Positions 47,600-55,977 of a DNA stretch of 64,000 nucleotides are shown here, one piece after another. This DNA is from an uncultured Gammaproteobacteria bacterium (lineage in GTDB: Bacteria > Patescibacteriota > Microgenomatia > Levybacterales > UBA12049). Both the position numbers and the translations under genes were made by a program. The notes below the pieces were generated by a model. That model had not been told where the DNA came from, did not search any database, and saw only the letters and a list, made by a program, of their open reading frames with translations. The stretch spans positions 78,530 to 142,529 of the forward strand of contig CAYYSJ010000001.1 in the NCBI GenBank assembly GCA_964474445.1, written 5' to 3'. How positions within the stretch are numbered: position 1 is the stretch's first letter; each line of letters begins with the position of its first letter.

Positions 47600-48742
47600 C
47601 TAGCCAACTGTGAGAGATTGAGGCAAAACAATAGAAAATGTAGAGCCCTTTCCCTTTTGGCTCTTAACCAAAATTTCCCCTTTATAATGTTCAACAATTT
47701 CTTTTGCTAAGTGAAGTCCTAATCCAAGACCGGTACCAAATTTTTTTGCTTCATCTTCACGGTAAAATTTCTCAAAGATGTTTGCTTGGTTTTTTTTTGC
47801 TATCCCTATGCCCTTGTCTTGTACAGAAATGGTAACAGTATCTTTGTCTTTTTTAATGGAAACAATAACAGTTTTATGCTTAGGGGAATATTTTATGGCA
47901 TTTAGTAAAAGGTTTGTGATAAGTTGTTTCAGTCTTGCTTTATCAACATGTATAAGCTGAAGATGAGCTCTTTTCTCAAAAACTATTTTATGATCATGAT
48001 TTGTTACTTGGACAGCGTCAATAACTTCTTGGAGAAATTCATCTATATATATCGTGTCTGTATTATGAAATGGTAATTTTCCAATTGCGATTCTGGAAGT
48101 ATCTAAGATATCTTGCAGTAAGCGCGATAACATATCAACTTGTGAAAGAGCGTTCGTTATAATAGGTGCTAATTCACTGTCTCCTCTTTTTGATAGTTTC
48201 ATTTGCAGAAGTTGCAGATAGGCTTTTATACTTGCTATAGGGGTTTTTAATTCGTGTCCAGCTAGGCTCAGGAATTCTTCTCGTTTTTTTTCTATTTCAA
48301 TTTGTTGAGTAATATCAACAACAATTTTTGAAAACCCTTTGAGTTTATTATCATTTCCCCATAACGCAGTAACAATACATCGAATAAAAATCTTCTTTTT
48401 ATTTTTGTTCACTGTTTCTGTTATATGTTCATATTGACCTTTTTTGATAGCAATCTCTATATCTTTTTGTAAATGGCCACTTTTGACCATTTCAGGAAAA
48501 AGCATTGCAAGAGACTTCCCTACAGCCTCTTTTGCTGTATATCCAAAGAGATATTGGGCTGCTAAATTCCAACTTGTAATGACTCCTTTTGTATCTAAAG
48601 TAAAAATCGCATAGTCTTGTATACGCTGAAGCATGAGCATAAACAAATCAGTATAATTTTTTTGTATCACGCTTTCTCCTGTCAAAACGATAGGAGAAGA
48701 ATGAGCTCCGGGGAATGTAAGTGAATCTAGTGCTTTAAACAT
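47600..48742 (-). CDS. PAS-domain sensor histidine kinase (cytoplasmic, orphan)
   Basis: PAS (ITSWNLAAQYLFGYTAKEAVG), HisKA H-box AGHELKTPIASI, HATPase N/G1/G2 boxes (NAIKYS, DKGIGI, GTGLGLGL). Confidence 0.85.
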   Translation of the reverse strand: MFKALDSLTFPGAHSSPIVLTGESVIQKNYTDLFMLMLQRIQDYAIFTLDTKGVITSWNLAAQYLFGYTAKEAVGKSLAMLFPEMVKSGHLQKDIEIAIKKGQYEHITETVNKNKKKIFIRCIVTALWGNDNKLKGFSKIVVDITQQIEIEKKREEFLSLAGHELKTPIASIKAYLQLLQMKLSKRGDSELAPIITNALSQVDMLSRLLQDILDTSRIAIGKLPFHNTDTIYIDEFLQEVIDAVQVTNHDHKIVFEKRAHLQLIHVDKARLKQLITNLLLNAIKYSPKHKTVIVSIKKDKDTVTISVQDKGIGIAKKNQANIFEKFYREDEAKKFGTGLGLGLHLAKEIVEHYKGEILVKSQKGKGSTFSIVLPQSLTVG

Positions 48743-49147
48743 AGCTCCAACACAAGCTTTATATAACCATTACTGTGATTCCATTAAATAGTTGTAATAA
48801 TAGCGTAATAGGGTTTTAACTGAAGATGAGGAAAATTGAGGACTATTTCCTAGTTATTACCAGTTCTCCCTGTTTCAGGTTCCTGAGGTCGTTCTCTCTC
48901 TGGTCTATGGCCGTTTCTTCTATCTGGATCTTCTATTGGCGTGGGTGGTAATTGTGGCAAGGTCGGACCATCTTTACCAGGAATTCCTAATGGATTATGA
49001 GGATCTGATGGATCAGACTGGGCAATTAATCTTGGATATTTGTTTACTTTTTGGGTAACAATTTTTTCAAGACGCGTTACCATAATTCTTTTATTATCTG
49101 GATCATATGCTATATACGGAGGATAGTCAATGTGGATAGAGTACTTA

Positions 49148-50971
49148 TCAGTTTGACCTTCCAGAACGAACTCGATCTATTTTTGTCAGATATTTCTTTC
49201 GAGGACGTAAGTTGTGTGGTGTCACCTCTAACAATTCATCATCTTCCAAAAAGTCTAAGTATTGCTCAAGGCTCATGATAAGTGGAGGTGTAAGAATAGT
49301 CTTTACTCCTTCACCTTTTGAGCGCATATTGGTTTGTTTTTTCTCCTTGGTAACATTAATTTCTATATCATCTTGCCTATTTTGGAGTCCAACAATCATT
49401 CCTTCATACACTTCTACCCCTGGATCAATAAACGTAATGCCTCGTTCTTGTGCATTGCCAAGACCATATGCAAGTGCCTGGCCACCTTCTGAGGCAATAA
49501 GGACACCATTTCGTAATTTCTCAAGGTTTGGTGTGAGTTGTTGATATCCACTAAGCATCGTATTAACAACAGCTGTTCCCTTTGTGAGGGTAAGCAAGTC
49601 GCTTCTCACACCAAGAAGGTTTTTTGAAGGGATAGAGTACTCAAGGCGGGTATTCCCTTTGCCATCCTGCTCCATGTTAGACATAGCGCCTTTTCTCTGC
49701 CCTAATTCTTGAGTAATTGCGCCGACATATTCATCAGGAACATCAATAATAACATCCTCAACAGGTTCCATCTCCACTCCATCAACAATTTTTGTAATAA
49801 CCTGTGGTCTTCCGACTTCAAATTCATATCCCTCTCGACGTAGTGTTTCAATAAGGACAGATAAGTGTAGTTCTCCACGCCCGGATAGAATAAATCTATC
49901 CCCTACATTTTCAAGTCGTAAGGCAACATTTGTTTCAAGTTCTTTTTCCAGCCTTTCAAGAATTTGTCTAGATGTAGTAAATTTGCCTTCCCTTCCGGCA
50001 AAAGGAGAGGTATTTGGCCCAATAGCAATTTTAATTGTAGGTTCCTCAACACTAATTCTAGGTAATGCATCAGGAGAGGCAGGATCTGCAATCGTATCAC
50101 CAATTGTTGCATCAGCAATACCGGTAATATCCACTATTTCGCCTGGTTCGACTTCATCAACATCAATTTTTTTCAAGCCATACGTAATGGCAAGGCTATC
50201 AATACGTGCTGTTTTTGTACCGGATTCATGTAAAAGTGTTACTGCTGATCCTTTTTTTGCAAATCCTCTTTTAATTCGTCCTATCACATGCTTTCCTTTA
50301 TGTGAATCGTAATCGAGTGATGTCACAAGCATTTGGAAAGGGCCTTCTTCAGTTGTTGGAGCTGGAATGTATGCAATAATTTTTTCAAAGAGAGGAGTGA
50401 GAGAATCAGATGCGAGAGCTTCTTCTACAGTAAGTCCTGCCTTTCCTTCACGACCGATGGCATATACAATGGGAAATTCTAAGTGTTCGACATCCGTTGC
50501 TAATTCCAAAAATAAATCATTTGTTCGCTCAATTGTATGAGGAATATTTGCGAGTTGTTTATCTATTTTATTAATAACGACAATAATTTTTAGTCCTAAT
50601 TCGAGTGCTTTTTTTAATACGAATTTTGTTTGAGGCATTGGTCCTTCTTGTGCGTCAATAATAAGGAGTGCGCCATCTGCCATATTCAAGGTTCGCTCGA
50701 CTTCTCCTGAAAAGTCTGCATGGCCAGGAGTATCAATAATATTAATTTTTTTATCCTTATAGGAAATGCCGGTATTTTTTGCAAGAATTGTAATGCCTCG
50801 CTCTCGCTCCAGAGGATTTGAATCCAGAATCGTTGTCTGCTGCATAACTTCTTCATTCTCACGAAATGTATGTGATTGTTTGAGTAAAAAGTCCACTAAT
50901 GTTGTTTTCCCATGGTCAACATGAGCAATAACTGCAACATTTCTAATATTTTCCGGTGTTGTTGGATTCAT
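49148..50971 (-). CDS. typA: translational GTPase TypA/BipA
   Basis: IRNVAVIAHVDHGKTTLVDFLLKQSHTF, DTPGHADFSGEVER, 607 aa with BipA C-terminal domain. Confidence 0.9.
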   Translation of the reverse strand: MNPTTPENIRNVAVIAHVDHGKTTLVDFLLKQSHTFRENEEVMQQTTILDSNPLERERGITILAKNTGISYKDKKINIIDTPGHADFSGEVERTLNMADGALLIIDAQEGPMPQTKFVLKKALELGLKIIVVINKIDKQLANIPHTIERTNDLFLELATDVEHLEFPIVYAIGREGKAGLTVEEALASDSLTPLFEKIIAYIPAPTTEEGPFQMLVTSLDYDSHKGKHVIGRIKRGFAKKGSAVTLLHESGTKTARIDSLAITYGLKKIDVDEVEPGEIVDITGIADATIGDTIADPASPDALPRISVEEPTIKIAIGPNTSPFAGREGKFTTSRQILERLEKELETNVALRLENVGDRFILSGRGELHLSVLIETLRREGYEFEVGRPQVITKIVDGVEMEPVEDVIIDVPDEYVGAITQELGQRKGAMSNMEQDGKGNTRLEYSIPSKNLLGVRSDLLTLTKGTAVVNTMLSGYQQLTPNLEKLRNGVLIASEGGQALAYGLGNAQERGITFIDPGVEVYEGMIVGLQNRQDDIEINVTKEKKQTNMRSKGEGVKTILTPPLIMSLEQYLDFLEDDELLEVTPHNLRPRKKYLTKIDRVRSGRSN

Positions 50972-51072
50972 AATTTTAAAAAAAGCGCGAATCGATGCGC
51001 TCTTTCACTATTATACCACATTGTGGGCTTCTTCAAAAACATACCAAAATCTGGTATAGTGTGATTGCTCCC

Positions 51073-51996
51073 ATGAAACGAAATAGAACATTTCCATATG
51101 TACTTTTTGGGCTTTGTCTCCTTGCTGCATTTTCCTTAGGAATCATCCACAGGTCTCAAGACAAGCATGTCATTGCTGCTACACAAATGAAAAAGCCAGA
51201 CCCTATTTCCTACTGTACTGGGAATAATAGCTGTCAGAAAGGATCGTTAAGTATTTTCTCCAAGCCAAAACAAACGCAGGTTGCAGGAGCCTCCGATACT
51301 CATCCAAATGGATTCTGTTTACAGGTCCCTGTTTTGTTGTATCATCATGTGCAACCTCAATCTGTTGCACAGCAAAAAGGGCAAACCTCATTAAATGTAG
51401 ACAATGGTATTTTTGACCAACAAATGGGATATCTAGCTGCAAAAGGATATCAGACGATCAGTGCAGAACAATTAATTAATGCACTAGTTGCTCATACAAA
51501 ACTTCCTGCCAATAGTGTCGTTATTACTCTTGATGATGCATACTTAGATAATTACATCTATGCATATCCTATTTTTCAAAAATACCACCTCACAGCAAAC
51601 CTCATGATTCCAACAGGTCTTTTGGGTAATACCTCTGGGACAAACTCATATTTTAGCTGGGATCAATTAAAAGAAATGGTTGGAAGTGGGATAGTCTTTG
51701 CCTATAACCATACATGGTCTCATTTTGCGATGGGTGCTGGTCCACGAGAAAAGGATATTTTTGAAATTACGACAGCACAACAACAATTAAAAGACCATTT
51801 GGGGAAAGCGTATCCTCTCTTTGTTTATCCTTACGGATCTGGTCAGACAGTAGGATGGGTGCAAAATCTCGTCAAACAAAATGGTTTTCTTGCTGCATTT
51901 TCAACTCTTGGAGGAAGATTTCAGTGTGAAGGAAATATTTTTGTTCTTCCAAGAATTCATGTCGGAAATGCTCCTCTATCTGCTTACGGCATATAG
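51073..51996 (+). CDS. polysaccharide deacetylase (NodB-homology domain), secreted/anchored
   Basis: Start at MKRNRTFPYVLFGLCLLAAF; ITLDDAYLDNYIYAYPIFQKYHL (TFDD-like motif), H-motifs; paralog of 16364..17320. Confidence 0.75.
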   Translation: MKRNRTFPYVLFGLCLLAAFSLGIIHRSQDKHVIAATQMKKPDPISYCTGNNSCQKGSLSIFSKPKQTQVAGASDTHPNGFCLQVPVLLYHHVQPQSVAQQKGQTSLNVDNGIFDQQMGYLAAKGYQTISAEQLINALVAHTKLPANSVVITLDDAYLDNYIYAYPIFQKYHLTANLMIPTGLLGNTSGTNSYFSWDQLKEMVGSGIVFAYNHTWSHFAMGAGPREKDIFEITTAQQQLKDHLGKAYPLFVYPYGSGQTVGWVQNLVKQNGFLAAFSTLGGRFQCEGNIFVLPRIHVGNAPLSAYGI

Positions 51997-52169
51997 TAGA
52001 TTGTTTCCTTGCCATCTTTGCCCCTCTTTGTTTACACCTTAAGCTTTATCTAATTCTAAAATCCTCTTTAGAAACAATAAACTTCTTCACTCCAAAAAAT
52101 CTTGATAAGCATGCAATATGGATTGGTCTATTGTTGATAATACCTTAAGATAAACCTTCGACAAGTAAT

Positions 52170-53522
52170 ATGAACTATTTGCAAGTAAATAGATCAACAC
52201 AGCAACTCATTCATTCTCACCTAGAGGTAGTAAGCCAATATATTCATAGCAGGTCATCGACAGTAGATGAAGCTATAGAAGAAATAGAAAAGAAAATGCT
52301 TCAAACCGTAGATAAGGAAATTGTGATGCTTATCATGCAAATAGTGCAAAAAAATAAAGAAAAAATCAATTTACCTAAAATAAAAAATAAGAAGAAGAAA
52401 AAATGGAATAACTCGTTTGATGTTCGATACTATGTTTCTCATATCATAAGTGAAATTATTCTTATAGGAGGTCTTCTCTATGAAGCTGAAATGCTTGGCA
52501 TTGTTCTTGATGTTGTAGAAGCAAAGCGCATTACTCGGTCGGAGTTATTTATAGAAGATATGTGTAAAGATATGTTAGAAGAATTTGCTAGGAAATATGG
52601 ATATCAGCAAGATTTTCTTTTTTCAGGGGTAATTATTCCTGAAAAGATTGATGTATACAATATCATTGCACAAACCATACAGGGTAAACCACAGAAATTA
52701 AAGCGCTCTCTTTTTGGGGTAGGTGGTCTCCGCTATGATACATCATACAATTATGTTCATGACATAAAAACATTTGTGTATACAAAAATTCTTATTGATC
52801 GTCGATATTACCCTGGTATATGGATATTTTATTTATTATCGCAATTACCCCTTGGAGAAATTCCTATATTGAAACCAACCTCTCAATTTTATTCTGAAAA
52901 ATTATTATTTTTGCAAAAAGAAATTCAAAGAATACAAAAAAAAGAATACAAATCTGTTACTATTCTTTGTAGCACAGAACTGCCCGATGCTATTTCTTAT
53001 TGGTCTTTCCTGCATTATGGCACACAAAAATATTTAGAACTTCCTTTAGCATTTCATTCTCCTTCTGATATTTTTGGGATGATGAAAAAAATTTTTGAAG
53101 ATAGAGCAGAAATTTCTTCCATGCTACCAATGATAGAAAAAAAACTTTCTTACTATTGGACATTTAATTCTATTCTCCATCTGCCATGGACAAATAAGCT
53201 CTCATACCTTTCACATCATCTCATAGGGAAAATACGAAATGAACAAGGAATGCATTGTATTCGTTATGGTGTTGGTCTTAAAAAAAGGAGTATTGAAATT
53301 AGGGAATATATGGTAGCAAAAGAGTCACATGTGCAACGCCTATACCAACTGAGATTTTACTTCAAAAGTCAATACTATAAGGGTGGGTATTCTTCATATT
53401 TTTTACAGCACCATGCGCTTCTTTGGAGACATATTGAAGATTATGGTTTTTTTGCTTCATTTCTCCCAGTTTTACAATGTAAAAATCCAAGACAGAAATT
53501 GCTCCAATTACTCTCTGCTTGA
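52170..53522 (+). CDS. hypothetical protein (450 aa), AT-rich orphan
   Basis: Long uninterrupted ORF, Lys-rich tract KIKNKKKKKW, no recognizable catalytic motif. Confidence 0.5.
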   Translation: MNYLQVNRSTQQLIHSHLEVVSQYIHSRSSTVDEAIEEIEKKMLQTVDKEIVMLIMQIVQKNKEKINLPKIKNKKKKKWNNSFDVRYYVSHIISEIILIGGLLYEAEMLGIVLDVVEAKRITRSELFIEDMCKDMLEEFARKYGYQQDFLFSGVIIPEKIDVYNIIAQTIQGKPQKLKRSLFGVGGLRYDTSYNYVHDIKTFVYTKILIDRRYYPGIWIFYLLSQLPLGEIPILKPTSQFYSEKLLFLQKEIQRIQKKEYKSVTILCSTELPDAISYWSFLHYGTQKYLELPLAFHSPSDIFGMMKKIFEDRAEISSMLPMIEKKLSYYWTFNSILHLPWTNKLSYLSHHLIGKIRNEQGMHCIRYGVGLKKRSIEIREYMVAKESHVQRLYQLRFYFKSQYYKGGYSSYFLQHHALLWRHIEDYGFFASFLPVLQCKNPRQKLLQLLSA

Positions 53523-53599
53523 TGCTCATGGCTGCTGCATTGTCTAGTTGCCTCTTTTTTAGTAACTTTTAAGAAATTAATCATAAAGGAGGTGATAAT

Positions 53600-53773
53600 A
53601 TGGTTTTTGAAGCAAAACACAGTCCTGCAGATATTGTCTCTGGAAGTGCTGTCTTAGACATTGGTCGGCTGAGAGTTCCTGCAGTTCCACGAATCCATGG
53701 TGTATATGCATTAACAGGTCCTAATCCTGATGGTACAGGCAGACCAGCGCCTCGAGGAGGTACTTACAAATAG
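53600..53773 (+). CDS. small protein (57 aa) with strong Shine-Dalgarno, not in ORF track
   Basis: AAAGGAGGTGataatATG; MVFEAKHSPADIVSGSAVLDIGRLRVPAVPRIHGVYALTGPNPDGTGRPAPRGGTYK; local GC ~48% vs AT-rich flanks. Confidence 0.4.
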   Translation: MVFEAKHSPADIVSGSAVLDIGRLRVPAVPRIHGVYALTGPNPDGTGRPAPRGGTYK

Positions 53774-53850
53774 TGGTTTTGTTAAACATAACAAGGCATG
53801 TTTCTATTTTGATATAGTGATATGCCTTGTCTATTTATATGAAATCTTTT

Positions 53851-53868
53851 ATAGTACGAGTGTACTAT
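53851..53868. promoter_or_regulatory. inverted repeat ATAGTAC-GAGT-GTACTAT overlapping dinB start; candidate LexA/SOS box (RGTAC-N4-GTWC-like)
   Basis: Perfect 7-bp arms; core AGTACgagtGTACT fits the cyanobacterial/Gram-positive-type LexA consensus RGTACNNNDGTWCB. Confidence 0.35.
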
Positions 53869-55105
53869 GGAAAAGATCATCCTTCATATAGATTTTGATT
53901 CTTTCTTTGCTTCAGTTGAACAACAATGTAATCCCTCTCTTCGTAACAGGCCTGTTGGAGTCACTGCTGCACATAGTCGGACTGCGATTATTGCTGCAAG
54001 TCGTGAAGCAAAAAGATTCGGAGTACGAGGTGGTAGTAATGCAAGGGAAGGCTTGCAGCTTTGCCCTCACCTTATTTTGATCCCAGCTCATTTTGTGCAG
54101 TATTTTGAAGTGTCAAAAAAATTCCTAATTATTTGTAAGCGTTACTCTCCTTTCATAGAAGTATTTTCTATAGATGAGTTATTTATGGATGTCACTCAGA
54201 CTGCTTCTCTTTTTGGTGGAGTAGATTCCCTGATGCAACATCTCAAAGAAGATATTGCAAAAGAAATTGGTGCGTATATTACTGTCTCCATTGGAGTATC
54301 TCACAACAAAATGCTTGCAAAAATGGCATCTGGTCTTGATAAACCAAATGGGATAACAAAAATTACAAGAGAAAACATTGATGAAATATATAGAAAAGCA
54401 GCATTAACTGATGTTTGTGGGATTGGATGGGCTATTTCGGAAAGACTGATGCGTATGGGGATTCGTACCTTACTGCATCTTCGGGCAGTCCCTTTTACAA
54501 CGCTCGTAGCAGAATTTGGACCCCATGAAGCACAGTTTCTACAGAATGTTGCGTATGCAAAAGACGAAACAGAAGTTGTCTCGTTTGGAAAAGCTCTAAC
54601 AACAAAGTCAGTGGGAAGAAATTATGCACTTCCAAACAACGAATATGACAAGACAAAAATTTTACAAACTATTTTTGAGCTGTGTGAAGAAGTTACCTTA
54701 AAATTACGTCGTTTAGAGAAAAAAACACGGCTTGTTGGCATGTTTTTGAGAGGAAACACCAATACAGGGGTACGAAAAACAATTCCTTTTTATCTTGATA
54801 CCGGGAAAGAGATGTTTTACGCACTCCTGGGTGAAACTCCAAAACTTTCAGAAAATCTTTCTTATGTAAGACAAGTCTCTGTATGGGCAGCCTCCTTGGA
54901 AGACGCTTCTTGTGTTACCCGTTCACTCTTTGATGTAAGTGGACAAAAAGAATATCTGACAAAAGCAATAGATACTCTTAACGAAAAATTTGGAGATCAC
55001 ACAATTCGAAACGGCTTTCTACTTACAGCACCAAAATTAACAACTGTTCCAAATGGGTTCTTAGCAGATAGATGGGATAGGTTACAACTCGCAAAAAGCT
55101 ATTAA
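53867..55105 (+). CDS. dinB: DNA polymerase IV (Y-family)
   Basis: ILHIDFDSFFASVEQ catalytic N-terminus, SIDELFMDVT, full Y-family palm/finger/thumb/little-finger length. Confidence 0.9.
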   Translation: MEKIILHIDFDSFFASVEQQCNPSLRNRPVGVTAAHSRTAIIAASREAKRFGVRGGSNAREGLQLCPHLILIPAHFVQYFEVSKKFLIICKRYSPFIEVFSIDELFMDVTQTASLFGGVDSLMQHLKEDIAKEIGAYITVSIGVSHNKMLAKMASGLDKPNGITKITRENIDEIYRKAALTDVCGIGWAISERLMRMGIRTLLHLRAVPFTTLVAEFGPHEAQFLQNVAYAKDETEVVSFGKALTTKSVGRNYALPNNEYDKTKILQTIFELCEEVTLKLRRLEKKTRLVGMFLRGNTNTGVRKTIPFYLDTGKEMFYALLGETPKLSENLSYVRQVSVWAASLEDASCVTRSLFDVSGQKEYLTKAIDTLNEKFGDHTIRNGFLLTAPKLTTVPNGFLADRWDRLQLAKSY

Positions 55106-55112
55106 GTTGTAC

Positions 55113-55937
55113 TTATTCTTCATGATGATTGTGGTTTGCTAAAAATGCAGTTTCTTCTAAAATAGCTTGTTGTTTATCATCCGGAATACCCACTTCCAAT
55201 AGCATATGAGGGTTTTTGTGAAGCTCTTTGCACAAGACTACTTGTTTTTCCAATAATTGTTGTTTTTGAGCTGTTGAGAGAGTTGTAAGAGCAGTAATAG
55301 GATACATTTTTTCTTTTTCTACTATTTCTCGTAAACTTTTTCCTTCTGGATAACTCCAACTAATAACATCCATTCCCACACATTGGGCATATGCTATTGC
55401 ATCACTTGTTGCTTTTGTATTGGTAATAATTAGTGCCTTTGTAAAATGGTATCGTTCCTTAAGATCATCAAATCTGGATTTTGTGTAGAGCGATACATGC
55501 ACATCCGTTGTCGTTCCCGGACCATTATGGAATTTCGCTTCAACTAACATTTTTTCAGAGTCTTTTTCTGCAATAACATCGATTTCATGAGTTACACAAC
55601 TTCCCTGTAAGATCATACGGGTTTGGGTTGTGTACCCTTCTGTTTCCAAAAGACGTGCATAATAGTCTTCAAAAGGATATCCTGTTGGCCCAAGATCCAT
55701 AAGAGATTGTTTCAGGCTATATTTTGCCTTTGCGTATTTTGCAGGGGTTTTATCCAAAAATTCTAAGACGTGGTGATAAATTTCAGAAGTTGGAATGTTG
55801 TCATACAGTTTTTCTTGTACGTGTGAAAGCGTCTCTTGGTGAAGTTCTGGAGGAACACCCGCCCTTTTTATTGATCTGAGTAGTTTGCCTTCTGAAAATG
55901 CTTCTTTTTCCCCGTTTGCCTTGACAACAATAACCAT
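55113..55937 (-). CDS. ATP-cone domain fused to Mrr-like (PD-(D/E)xK) restriction-endonuclease-like domain
   Basis: N-terminal VVKANGEKEAFSEGKLLRSIKRAG (ATP-cone); C-terminal IDVIAEKDSEKMLVEAKFHN (D...EAK = Mrr_cat motif). Confidence 0.6.
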   Translation of the reverse strand: MVIVVKANGEKEAFSEGKLLRSIKRAGVPPELHQETLSHVQEKLYDNIPTSEIYHHVLEFLDKTPAKYAKAKYSLKQSLMDLGPTGYPFEDYYARLLETEGYTTQTRMILQGSCVTHEIDVIAEKDSEKMLVEAKFHNGPGTTTDVHVSLYTKSRFDDLKERYHFTKALIITNTKATSDAIAYAQCVGMDVISWSYPEGKSLREIVEKEKMYPITALTTLSTAQKQQLLEKQVVLCKELHKNPHMLLEVGIPDDKQQAILEETAFLANHNHHEE

Positions 55938-55977
55938 ATTCTATTTGTAGCATGTTACATATCAGAAATAAAGTGTA

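Noticed and set aside
48850-49083. 77-aa proline-rich minus-strand ORF between the histidine kinase and typA
   Set aside because: Low-complexity Pro/Arg/Glu-rich translation, no RBS, and it partially overlaps a plus-strand ORF. It could be real but there is insufficient support.
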